DNA from: Octopus bimaculoides
Taxonomy: Eukaryota
Direction of reading: 5' to 3'
Assembly (NCBI RefSeq): GCF_001194135.2
Contig: NC_068987.1
Span: forward strand, 68,321,841 to 68,355,964
DNA length: 34,124 nt
Positions within the stretch are counted from its first letter, which is position 1. The number at the start of each line of letters is the position of its first letter. Below, in pieces: positions 11,699-22,804 of the stretch. The translations under genes were made by a program, and so were the position numbers. Under the pieces are notes generated by a model, which searched no databases, was not told the DNA's origin, and saw only the letters and a list, made by a program, of their open reading frames with translations.

Positions 11699-11880
11699 TC
11701 GAAAAATACCTTAGGAATGAGAACCCAGTTTCGAAATTTCCCCAAGACGCCTGATGAAGGCTCTAGGGTATATCAGCCGAAACGTTGTGTTAACAACAAA
11801 CATGATGAGGACAAATATCCGTCAAATGTAAATAATGTAAATAATGTACATAATTCCTCATCTCTTAAATATAGAACTGT
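11698..11880 (+). mobile_element. PLE pLTR-like tail following (AAT)n
   Basis: Contains CTGATGA-A-stem-GAAACGT motif typical of Penelope termini (see hammerhead feature). Confidence 0.6.
11746..11791 (+). ncRNA. Minimal type I hammerhead ribozyme-like motif
   Basis: Stem I gacgc(11746-50)/gtgtt(11787-91, two G.U pairs); core CTGATGA 11751-57; extra A; stem II ggct/agcc; GAA; palindromic ACGT stem III; triplet GUU. Confidence 0.6.
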
Positions 11881-12789
11881 AAAAGCATTCCTGTCATGAC
11901 CATTCTTTTTCCCAATCTGCAAGAAAATCACATCATCCAATTTTTTTTTTTTACTAAGATGTGAATGTGTGATTCGAGATGATTTCGGTGCTATTTCTAG
12001 CCGTTCGAGCCACCAACTAGAGGCTCCGTTATTGGCTAGGGATCTCTAGAAGTAGGAGTGGCAACATTCTTGTTTCCACCGACATTACCCTCACCATCAG
12101 ACAATACAAACTCTCAACTAACACCGTTTCAACTGACAGCCATACAATAAGTCAGAATCGGAATAGCAATTTATTCTTTAGCATCGAAGAAAACCCATTA
12201 GGATGGCTTCTACGTCTTCCTTTGAACTATTAAAAATAGGAATTAAATCTCCAAGAAATGACCCTCTGCTGCATAAATTAAGGATATGACACGTTGGATA
12301 ATGTAGCCTTACGTAACCCTTGAAAATGGACCAGTGTCATGGCACAAGAATATTAAACACAAGAATATTGAAAGCTTAAAGAGACGGAATTAGAGAGTTA
12401 ACTGTGAGATAACGGAGCGGGCAATAAAACTATATGGTCGCTTTCTTTAAAAAGATAAATAAGCGTAGATTCAGCATGAGCATACATATAGCAAATAACT
12501 GACAAGATAGTGAGCTAGTAGTGATTTCGGAAGTGACTCTTAGGGAAAGCAAATTATCCGAGCATAGCGATTGGAATGGCCCTTGACCATTTTATTGATG
12601 CGAAAGAAGATGATTACGTAGACCGAGATACAGTCGGTGCTCTTAGAAATGGAAAAGTAAAAGACGTTCTATGAATACGAGCGGGGGTGGGGTGAGATTT
12701 AACGAAATATCACCAAGACTTTATATAGTGTTCTAAGGACCGTAGCAGTCTGCTGCGACTCTCAACAGAAGTTCTTAAATACAAATGAA

Positions 12790-13150
12790 AAACAAAATAA
12801 ACACACTGAAATCACTGAGTGGTAGACCATGAGCAAATTGCTTCTTTTTGGTTTCTACATACTAGAATTGTTCACTTTTGAGTCGCAGGCGTCTATCACA
12901 ACTATCACAAGCAGTAATGAAATTGGAATATTTCCACCCGTTTGAACCAGAGTGAATTGGTACTAACAAGAAATGGCGAGAACAAGTGTGGCATGAAACA
13001 ATTCTAATGCAAATGAAAAGATTTTGGTCAAAGTACTCATAAAAATGTAGGCGTTGATGATTAGTTTTTTTTTTTTTTCGCTGGCATAGCAGTGACTTGT
13101 GCAAATTACTGAAGATGTTGTAGCCAAGGGAAACTATCTTATGCAATACT
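12790..13150 (-). pseudogene. Possible decayed Ulp1/SENP (peptidase C48) catalytic-domain sequence
   Basis: Ordered motifs LLCQRKKKK..LHFY, FLLVPIHSGSNGW (cf. LLVPIHLGVHW), ITACDS (cf. ITYYDS), then past a TAG in the same frame ETKKKQF and SDFSVF (cf. KKRKEF, SDCGMF). Catalytic His and Cys positions are altered and spacing needs deletions. Confidence 0.35.
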
Positions 13151-13433
13151 TTATAGAGAGAGGTTTTAATAATTCTATCTTCGGAGAGATCGGATTATAA
13201 CAAAAGATCTTCCTTGACACTAAAACTTTTAGCAGGATCAATCGTCGTTGGGTAACGAAATGTACTCAGTGGTTAGTAATAGACCCTACCCAAAGAGTTT
13301 TTATTCATGTGTTCGCTTTGTCAGTTGAGCACCTTCTTATGGCTCCGGTACATTTTGGCAACTATTCTTACCGGAGTTAATTATCGTAAGAATCTTTCTT
13401 ATCGAACTAGGACACATGAGAGGTGTATCATTT

Positions 13434-13600
13434 TATACGAGCGTAGTCAAGGTATAGGACACTTCAGAAAAAGAGTTGGTCGGCACCATACTCAAGAAAT
13501 ACGATCTGTTATCAAATTCCTCATTAATTAAGACAAGCTAGTTTGCAGTTTAGGATAGGCTTATGTCGCCTTGTTTCTACTGTGCACCACGTCAGTGAAG
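13434..13600 (+). mobile_element. Possible very old mariner 5' end
   Basis: TATACGAGCGT TIR-like start, then QEIRSVIKFL (cf. E.RAVIKFL of the mariner N-terminal HTH). Confidence 0.3.
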
Positions 13601-14429
13601 ATACTTCTGTTCTGGTTCGTTCCATACTTCCAGGTAGATTGGTAGTTAAATATATATAATTTTTTTTATTTTGAAAAAAGTGTCGCCCTAAGCCAGAAAT
13701 AGCCTCGGACGAGTAGTAATGCGAACTTGCGCCTTCCATCTTGACTATGATAGCAAACCTCTGCTAAGTAAAATTTTATGCAATTCTAAGCAAATCCATT
13801 ACAACGTTTGTGTATTCTGCGATTGACGAATTGAATTGACGTGTCTTGTGGAAAATTTCCTAGCCATTTTAAGTAAAGGACACGTGAATCTAATTTCTAT
13901 AAGCAACAAATGATAATGTGTCAGCTAGAATGACGTAATGCATTGTACTGATTCTTCTATTTGTGTGAAACTCCAATGTGTATTTGATTTATCGGGCTGT
14001 GTGCACCTTTTATCAGCAGTACACACGACCTTGCACAGCATCTTTCATCAAATAATCTTCAGTGTTTCGAGGAAACAAAGATAAAGGCTTGAGAGGAATA
14101 TTGCATCTGAAGTTGTTTGACCTTTCACACGTATTAATGTGTTGAGTGAACAAACTGTTCTAAGACTTCCAAATTATCTGCACTTATTAGTAGTTAAATA
14201 AGGTAAGGAATGTGCTGAGATAAAACTAATTTAATAAAGGATTGGTCGTTATGAAAGACTGGACAGCTTGGAATAAGAAATAAACTAAGCAGGGTACAAT
14301 GAGATTTCCATCTTCCTCTAATGGTGAAGAGAGAATTCTGACGGAAATCTTGCGAGTATTCATTTATTAAAATAGAATCGTTCTATCACGTAGGAAACTT
14401 TATATAATCCAAGATTGATTTACATGAAA

Positions 14430-14553
14430 ACATACACACACACGTACGCACGCGCACACATACTCATATGTAGGCATGTATGTGTATGAGTATACACACA
14501 CACAAATACATACTTATATATGCATATCATACATATGCATGTATATTGACATG

Positions 14554-14596
<43 letters not shown>

Positions 14597-14655
14597 TCTA
14601 TTATGTATAGTGTGTGAGCGTTTATCGCTGTGTGTGCACGCGCACGCATGTGTGA
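14430..14655. repeat. Mixed (CA)/(AT)/(GT) simple repeats
   Basis: Directly visible. Confidence 0.85.
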
Positions 14656-14659
14656 TCTA

Positions 14660-14800
14660 GTCGGCCGAACGTTTGGCTCTTGACTATAAGGTTGTAGGTT
14701 CAGTTCTTTGATTGGGCGACACCTTAAGTCTTTCAGCAAAGTGCTAAATTTTACATTACCCCAACCTAATGAGTAATTTATGAGTAAAATGACTACCAAC
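14660..14800 (+). mobile_element. Degenerate tRNA/CORE-type SINE fragment
   Basis: tRNA-like head (AAGGTTGTAGGTTCAGTTC) followed by a decayed CORE-like TCTTTCAGCAAAGTGCTAAATTTTACATT. Confidence 0.4.
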
Positions 14801-15624
14801 CGAATGGTCATGCAAATCTCTCTGCGTCCAACTTTGCATATCGCTTGGCGGCAGAGAGGGTCGAGAATTTGCCTGTTTAATTGCGTCTACATAAACACCT
14901 TCAACAATTGATGAAAGCTTAGTACACATTACCATGCAATGTTCATCAGCATATTGTGACTACTGACTGTTGTGTAGTCCTTTTCTCTTTCTTCCTCACT
15001 TTCTCTGTCCCTGTCTTTGTCTCTGTCTCTGCATGCATTGTGTGTATTATATATATACACATATATATATATATAGTTATCGCCAAGCCAACATGGCAGT
15101 CCCACATATATATATATATGAAAGAAGGTTTGAAAATTCAAAGGTCTTTTAAAGATGTTTATTGACTTGACCGGTTTTACTTTTTTAGAAAAAGATTATC
15201 AAAGTAAAATGGAAAGCTTTGTTTAAGCTCTGTTGTGTTAAGTACTGGCTATCACAAAAGTATTAAAATACAGTTATACGATCTTTGATAATAAGAAAAT
15301 ATTAAAAACAGTTTACAAGAAAGTGTCCAAGAAAGTATTCAAGAACGGGACTACAATAAGTATTTTGAGTTCAATAAAAATCATGTTTGTTTGCTAGAAG
15401 AAGATATATTTGAGAATTTACAAAAAATTGGAGAGGAATAACTGACCTGTCTTTCTGACATTTTCTGTCTTGTCTGTAGCTAAGGAATGTTTGCTATTCT
15501 AATAGATAGTGTGGGTGGTTGATTGTGGGGAAGGAAGACCAATGTGGAATCAAAAGGAATTTTTGTTTCTGGGCTAGTCTGTCATGGTTCAGTGGTTTTT
15601 GAGACTGGTCTAGAGGTCAGAATG

Positions 15625-15968
15625 GTGTGAGTCTGTGTGTGTGTGTCTGTGTATGTCTCTATGCGTGTGCTTGTGCTTGTGTGTGGGGGCCGTTTTTGAT
15701 TGGTACCAGAGTTTATTGTGGTGTGTATATAAGGGTATGTGTGTGTTTTATATTTGGTAGGATGGTGTGTGTATTTGTGTGCACGTTTGTGTGTGTAGGT
15801 GTATGTGTGTGATTAGTATTTGTCAAGGTGTTATGTGTGCGCATGTGTGTGTTTGTTCGTTTGTGTGCATGTGTGCGTCTGTGTGTGTGCGTGTGCATGT
15901 TTGTGTGTTTTGTGTTGGTGGGGATGTTATGTGTGTGTACGTGTGTGTGTACGTGAGTATGTGTGTAC

Positions 15969-16001
<33 letters not shown>

Positions 16002-16603
16002 NNNNNNNNNNNNNNNNNNNNNNNNNNNNNNNNNNNNNNNNNNNNNNNNNNNNNNNNNNNNNNNNNNNNNNNNNNNNNNNNNNNNNNNNNNNNNNNNNNN
16101 NNNNNNNNNNNNNNNNNNNNNNNNNNNNNNNNNNNNNNNNNNNNNNNNNNNNNNNNNNNNNNNNNNNNNNNNNNNNNNNNNNNNNNNNNNNNNNNNNNNN
16201 NNNNNNNNNNNNNNNNNNNNNNNNNNNNNNNNNNNNNNNNNNNNNNNNNNNNNNNNNNNNNNNNNNNNNNNNNNNNNNNNNNNNNNNNNNNNNNNNNNNN
16301 NNNNNNNNNNNNNNNNNNNNNNNNNNNNNNNNNNNNNNNNNNNNNNNNNNNNNNNNNNNNNNNNNNNNNNNNNNNNNNNNNNNNNNNNNNNNNNNNNNNN
16401 NNNNNNNNNNNNNNNNNNNNNNNNNNNNNNNNNNNNNNNNNNNNNNNNNNNNNNNNNNNNNNNNNNNNNNNNNNNNNNNATGTGTATGTGAGTGTGTTGT
16501 ATTTATTAGGGGTTCTGTGTGTGTCCGTGTGTGTTGGGTTTATCCGGGTGGTGTGTATGCGTGTATGTGTATATTTTGTGCATATTGGTACTGAGTATGC
16601 GTT

Positions 16604-16665
<62 letters not shown>

Positions 16666-17335
16666 TGGGGGGTTGCGTATGTGTGCATAGCTTATGTAGT
16701 TTCCAGATGTGTGTGCACATGTGTGTGTCTGTTGTATTTGTGAGTGGTTTGTTTTGTTTGTAGTGTTAGTGCAGTGTGTGTGTATACGTGTGGGTGTGTT
16801 TGCGTGAGTGAGTCTGTGTCTTGTATTTATCGGGGAGGTGTGTGTCATTGCCTGTGTGCATGCTTGTGTGTATGTGTGTGTATGTATATCTGTGTGTTTG
16901 TGAGTGTTTTTTGTGATTTTATTATGTGTATATATGTGTGTTTTTCTTTTGAGTCTGTGTGTGTGTGATTTTTACTGGGAAACGGGCATATTGTGTTTGT
17001 GTTTGTGTGTGTGTACATATGTATGCACATATGCGTGTGTGTGTGTGTGGGGGGGTATTTGCGTGTTTGTTTGTGTATCTGTGTATGTGTGGGTGTGTTT
17101 GTGTGATTTTGAGTTGTAATTGTCAAGGTGGTGTTGTAGGTGTGTGCACGTACGTGTTTACGTATGTGAGTATGTGTGTGTGAGTGTTGGTTATGGTTGT
17201 TAGAATCGTATTGCAAGTGTATATATGTATGTGCTTTCTCTTGGAATATGTGTAGGTTTGTGCTCAAGTGTGGGGATATTGTGTTTGTGTGAGTTTGCAT
17301 ATGTATGTGTGGGAGATTTGCATTGTATTTCATAC
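15625..17335. repeat. Large imperfect (GT)n-derived low-complexity tract with internal N-gap
   Basis: Directly visible; explains all the C/V- and T/H-rich ORFs here. Confidence 0.95.
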
Positions 17336-18339
17336 ATATTTTCACTCGTTCGGTACCTTATAACTTTACTTTGTTTTATATATATTTATTTATATCGATG
17401 TAAATACATACAAAGACTCACACACACAGACCGTGCGCGAGAGAGAATAATTTTGTTTACAAACAACCAATCGATGCACGTCTACTATGACTCTCAATTG
17501 ACATTTTGTAAAAGTTTCCTGTGGCCCTTATATAAAAGATATCAAAGGTGACCATTGCAGATTGCAGCTTCAAGAACCCAGATACTCTCTGAGGCAAGCG
17601 TGTTAGCTCAGTCACCTACGAAGTCGAAGTTATCTCTGTCCCGCCAAGTTACGGAACAGAAACAAAATTATATAGGACTACGCCAACAACCAGTCTTCTC
17701 GCAAACAAGCCATATCTAGATTCAAATGGACAACAATATGCGGCACACTATTAATAAGAGCATCGTTGAGATATCTAAGCCATACATTAATGGGTCAAAA
17801 AGGAACAGGTTTTATACAGCTGAAAGAAACACATCCTTACTGGGTCGTTCAGCTGCAGCCATCTTCAAAACGTAAGACCAGAAATGTTTACAAGATGCAT
17901 GCATCTCGACAAATTTCTATTATCTAACAAAAACAGACCACTCATTACTCCGGAATAGTCACACAATTTACCGAGCTTAAATCTTTTCACCATTCAAACA
18001 TGCCGTCTAAGCATAGTTTCTGGATAGTTTTATTCTATATATCTATTTTTTCAGAAACAGAAAGACTCAGCATTAGCATTGTTACGGGACATCACCTTTA
18101 TTCTATGTTCCTTTAAAGTTTTCCGATCATTTTTCTCATAACTTATTTATTTTGTTGTTAATTTCTCGCATTTCCTCACGGGTAATCATATAATTCGCGC
18201 CGGATCATGCAAGATACGCTACAAAAGTCAGTCCAGCTATTGCACTACATACGTATGAAACGTAAATTAACTCATGTATAAAAACTACTGTATCCATTAA
18301 ATAATATACATGTATGTATACAGATTAATACATAGAAAA

Positions 18340-18346
18340 TACATAC

Positions 18347-18429
<83 letters not shown>

Positions 18430-18485
18430 ATATGTATTTATATCTATCTATTTATCTTTCTCTCTCTCTCTTGATATATATATAN
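18340..18485. repeat. (AT)n/(GT)n/(CT)n microsatellite cluster before an N-gap
   Basis: Directly visible. Confidence 0.95.
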
Positions 18486-19031
18486 NNNNNNNNNNNNNNN
18501 NNNNNNNNNNNNNNNNNNNNNNNNNNNNNNNNNNNNNNNNNNNNNNNNNNNNNNNNNNNNNNNNNNNNNNNNNNNNNNNNNNNNNNNNNNNNNNNNNNNN
18601 NNNNNNNNNNNNNNNNNNNNNNNNNNNNNNNNNNNNNNNNNNNNNNNNNNNNNNNNNNNNNNNNNNNNNNNNNNNNNNNNNNNNNNNNNNNNNNNNNNNN
18701 NNNNNNNNNNNNNNNNNNNNNNNNNNNNNNNNNNNNNNNNNNNNNNNNNNNNNNNNNNNNNNNNNNNNNNNNNNNNNNNNNNNNNNNNNNNNNNNNNNNN
18801 NNNNNNNNNGTGTGTATGAACGCGATGAGGCACGGAACCGAGAGAGACAGTGGTAGCGTGTGTTACTTGGCGAAAGCCAAGGAAGGAAAGGATTATTGAC
18901 CGGAAGCATGTGACCATGCCGGTGTAAAGGGAAGAGAGAGAGAGTGGTAGAGGGAGAAAGAGAGGGAGGAAGTAGAAGAATGGTGAGCAACGAGAGGAAA
19001 AGAGAAAGAGAGGAAATACGAGGGGGAAAAG

Positions 19032-19150
19032 GAGATACGTAGTAGTAACAGAGGAAGAACAAGAGGGGTAAGGCGAGATACGTAGTAGTACAGAGGAAGA
19101 ACAAGAGGGGTAAGGCGAGATACGTAGTAGTACAGAGGAAGAACGAGGGG
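19032..19150 (+). repeat. 42-bp minisatellite, about 2.8 copies, in a purine-rich tract
   Basis: Unit gagatacgtagtagtacagaggaagaacaagaggggtaaggc starts at 19032, 19075 and 19117. Confidence 0.9.
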
Positions 19151-20117
19151 GGGGAGAAAGGAAAGAGAAAGAGATAGAGTAGCGTCGGAGGATACATACA
19201 TATACGTACCTAGTGAGGGATACACATACAGAATAAGAGAGAAAGAGAAGGAGAGAGTTACACATATAAATGTATTTATAAAAAAGTGAAAAATGAATAT
19301 TGAGGAATAAAAATTGAGAACGATAAAGAGAGTTATATGTAGTCTTACATATATACGTACATGCGCGCACACTCACACACACAAACACACACAATCTTCA
19401 CCGCAAAATACGAGCTTATGTTTTTCTGAATAAATATTTATAAAAAAATTTTAGTGTTTTTTTTTCCCTTCATTATTTATTTTCGTCTTTATTTATTAAC
19501 ATTTATTTTTCTTTACAATTCATATCTATATTACTGATATTTCAACACGTTTGCCGTTAACATTTCCACATAAACTTTTCAACCTGGGGTTGAAATAAAA
19601 ATTGTACGGTAAGAAAATTATTATTCATACATTTGAAAGTATATATTTTGAATAGGCTGTCTATAATAAAAATAAAAGCAGAAAATGGGCGATTTTTTTA
19701 TCATCATTTTCTCTTTACAAATATTCTGTTCAGTTTCCCGAGTGAAATATTTCTAAATTTCTCCGATGCCTCGAGGCACTCAGGCTTCATAGCACTTTAC
19801 CATTGTTATTGTTTCCTGATTTAGTTTGAAAGTTAAGATATATTTCGCTATGGTACTTGCTATATATTACGGCTTATTAAGAGATGAATACGATTTTTTT
19901 TACTTATTGATGTTTCAGTATTGGAGGTTTTGTTGTACCAGAAGTTGTAGGGTGCTGGACAGTAATGCCTTGAGGTATTTAGAATGCAACTATTTACATA
20001 CCTTTTACATTCTGAATTCAAATACCGCTAGCATTGGCTTTATATTTATTTTAATCATCGTGGGTTTTGATACGATAAGTATCAATGATGTAAATGATTG
20101 TATTATCATTAATATTA

Positions 20118-20159
20118 ACATTATTATTATTATTATTAGTAGTAGTAGTAGTAGTAGTG

Positions 20160-20208
<49 letters not shown>

Positions 20209-20215
20209 CAGTAGC

Positions 20216-20258
<43 letters not shown>
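20118..20258. repeat. (ATT)n then (AGT)n microsatellite
   Basis: Directly visible; source of the poly-S/V/L ORFs. Confidence 0.97.
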
Positions 20259-20370
20259 TTTCATATAAGCACAAGAGATTAGACGGTTGGGAAAAAATTC
20301 CTAACATTGGACTACAAGTGACTTCTGACGCCAAGAACTTTCCTAAGTATACTAGCCGTCCGTAATAATA

Positions 20371-20592
20371 CTGACAGAATCGTTAACACGCCGGTAAACA
20401 TGCTTAACGGTATATCGTCTGCCACTGCGTTCTGAGTTCAAATTCCGCCGAGGTCGACTTTGCCTTTCATCCTTTCGGGGTCGATAAATTAAGTACCAGT
20501 AACTCACTGGGGTCGATAAAATCGACTTAATCCGTTTATCTGTCCTTGTTTGTCCCCTCTGTGTGTAGCCCCTTGTGGGCAGTAAAGAAATA
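20371..20592 (+). mobile_element. SINE, same family as 5267-5497
   Basis: GAGTTCAAATTCCGCCGAGGTCGACTTTGCCTTTCATCCTTTCGGGGTCGATAAATTAAGTACCAG and tail ending GGGCAGTAAAGAAATA. Confidence 0.92.
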
Positions 20593-20750
20593 GGTAATTC
20601 ACCCGTCTCTACATCCTGAGTTCAAATTTTGCCGAGGTAAACTTTGCCTTTTATCCTTTCGGAGTCGATAAATTAACTACCATGGAAACATTGGATTCTA
20701 TATAATCGACTAGTCCCCTCTCACCAAAATTTCAGGCCTTGGGCCTATAA
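20593..20750 (+). mobile_element. Adjacent 5'-truncated SINE with the same central domain but a different tail
   Basis: GAGTTCAAATTTTGCCGAGG..CCTTTTATCCTTTCGGAGTCGATAAA, then AGTCCCCTCTCACCAAAATTTCAGGCCTTG. Confidence 0.8.
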
Positions 20751-20755
20751 TATAA

Positions 20756-20790
<35 letters not shown>

Positions 20791-20832
20791 GATTGTTGTT
20801 GTTGTTGTGGTTGTAGGTTGTTGTTATTGTTG

Positions 20833-21596
20833 TTGCCTTTGAACAGCTTCTAACGCTGGAGATGTACTACAGTGTCAGCTGTTCACTATCAGTGAACTAA
20901 GGTAACACCTCTTATTTTTCGAGCACCTTCCGGAGTGTTCGAGCGGTTTCAAGCAGTGCTATTTTCTGCAAGTACTCCACCCTTATTGCAGCCCCTATTT
21001 GTTCCGCGTACTTCTCGAGATTTTTGCTCACTGTTCCCAGAGCTCCGACAATTATTGGTACTACCGCTACCTTTTTCATCGATCACAACTGCTTAACTTC
21101 CAAAGCTAACCTGTCATATCTATCGACTTTTCTTTCTTCCTTAACGGATACCTTGTTGTCAGCTGGGCATGCTATGTCTATGATCCAGCATAGTTTGTTT
21201 TCTTTCTCAATGAAGACTATGTCCGGCTTCCTATTTTCAATCTCATGGTCGCAGTGAATCATAAAATCCCACAAGATCTTTGAATTTCTATTTTCGACAA
21301 TGCCTTTAGGTTTGTGGTCGTATCAATTTTTTGCTCTGTCATGTCCATACTTGTGCAGAGAGTCCAATGGACAAGCCTGGCTATATTGTCGTGGCATCTC
21401 TTATATTCATTCTGGGCTAGTGACGTACATTGGTTGGTAATATGCCATACGGTTTCACCGTTTTGTCCACAGATTCTGCACTTAACACTTTCGAATGTGT
21501 TGTCTATTCTGTATTTTATGTAGTTTGTTCATAGGGCTTGCTCTTGGGCAGCACAGATTAGAACCTCCGTTTCCGGTTTTAAATCACTTCCATATT
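20833..21596 (-). mobile_element. R4/Dong-like (RLE-type) LINE 3' end with CCHC knuckle and restriction-like endonuclease
   Basis: DLKPETEVLICAAQEQAL, CRICGQNGETVWHITNQC (CCHC), WDFMIHCDHEIENRKPDIV..WIIDIACP (PD..D), VPIIVGALG, LQKIALLETARTLRKVL, stop at 20914-20912. The 3' end abuts (AAC)n/(AAT)n. Confidence 0.93.
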
Positions 21597-21696
21597 ATCT
21601 AAAGAATCCAAGAGAAAATTTGTAATCCATAAAATCTATAAAATAGACTAAAGATTTAAATCAGTTTAGCAGATTTATAACAACGGAAGTGAATAA

Positions 21697-21801
21697 AAGT
21701 CTACGCGCGTTTCATGGCCACATAAAAGTGGAAAAGATCTGATCAATCTACAATGAATTGATCATGATTAATACCACTCATAACGACACTCTTCAGGTCT
21801 T
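21697..21801 (-). ncRNA. Type I hammerhead-like motif in the left foldback arm
   Basis: Minus strand: aagac-CTGAAGA-gtgtc...ggccat-GAAAC-gcgc-GTA-gactt. Stem III region ACGCGCGT is palindromic; one mismatch in stem I. Confidence 0.6.
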
Positions 21802-21856
21802 GTAACTTCTTATTTTATCACATTTTTAAATATTAGAATAAGTTTTTTGAAGTTAC

Positions 21857-21963
21857 AAGACCTGAAGAGTGTCCTCATTATGAGTGGTATGTATCTTGAT
21901 CGATTCATTGTAATTGACCAGATCTTTTCTACTTTTATGTGGCCATGAAACACCCGTAGTCTT
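21857..21963 (+). ncRNA. Type I hammerhead-like motif in the right foldback arm
   Basis: Stem I aagac(21857-61)/gtctt(21959-63) is perfect; CTGAAGA 21862-68; stem II base gtgtcc/ggccat with one mismatch; GAAAC 21947-51; GUA triplet 21956-58. Confidence 0.62.
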
Positions 21964-22380
21964 TTATTTACTTCCGTTGTTATAAATCTACTAAACTGAT
22001 TAAAATTTTTAGTCTAGAATTTTATAGATTTTATGGATTACAAATTTTCTCTTGGATATTTTAGATTTCTAAATTAGTATTTTGTATAGTACGCTTTTCT
22101 AGATGGTGTCTTAGCTCCTTCATAATTTGAGTTGCACCGTGGTGGTTCTTCTCTAAATCGTTAATGTATTTTTATTATATAATTCAATTTGATATTATTA
22201 AATTGTATATCCCTGTAAGTTCGGATTTTGTAATTCCTAACATTATAATATATTAATATATATATATATATATATATATATANNNNNNNNNNNNNNNNNN
22301 NNNNNNNNNNNNNNNNNNNNNNNNNNNNNNNNNNNNNNNNNNNNNNNNNNNNNNNNNNNNNNNNNNNNNNNNNNNNNNAT

Positions 22381-22804
22381 ATAGCCTCGAAGCTCTACTC
22401 TCCAGCGCCGCCGCAAGCGGTACATCATTTGTACGATGTGGAAAATATACCGCTAGCATTGCCCAAACGCCCTGAACATTAGTTTCAAGGTTCAACCAAA
22501 GCTGGGACCATGAGCCATACGTCCCCTGTCCAATTCAGGATCATAACATATAGGTACACTACGGCATAATTTCTTTTCCTCAACAGGTCCTCCCCTGTTT
22601 AACATTGTCCCGAAACAGATAAAAGAGGAAAAGGATCCTATCAGCTTTAAACGGAGTCTAGACAGCTTTCTTCAAAGAATACCAGACAAGCCACCCATAC
22701 CTGCATACAACTCACTCAATAAGAACTCACTACTTGAATGGACCATAAACAAAACTTTATTGTAAAAAGAATTTAGATAATCCTATCAGGTGGTGCTATT
22801 AAGT
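22381..22804 (+). mobile_element. CR1/L2-like LINE ORF2 C-terminus and 3' UTR
   Basis: YSLQRRRKRYII..WKIY, GPPLFNIVPKQIK, FKRSLDSFLQRIPDKP, NSLLEW; flanked by N-gaps. Confidence 0.85.

Larger units (their letters stand above)
21597..22066. repeat. 470-bp foldback (inverted repeat), arms about 213-218 bp, 39-bp spacer
   Basis: Left arm 21597-21809 is the reverse complement of right arm 21849-22066 with scattered mismatches. Confidence 0.95.

Noticed and set aside
10501-11899. 350-417 aa ORFs
   Set aside because: Artefacts of the 907-N gap and (AAT)n repeats.
12150-12770. LINE endonuclease relic (VILGDFN-like, minus strand)
   Set aside because: A single frameshifted motif; no supporting APE motifs recognised.
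15627-17551. Cys/Val- and Thr/His-rich ORFs as metallothionein-like proteins
   Set aside because: Translations of the (GT)n tract and an N-gap.
19919-19974. 56-bp candidate plus-strand exon (TTTCAG acceptor, GAG|GTATTT donor)
   Set aside because: Weak donor, no recognisable peptide, no other supported exons to link to.
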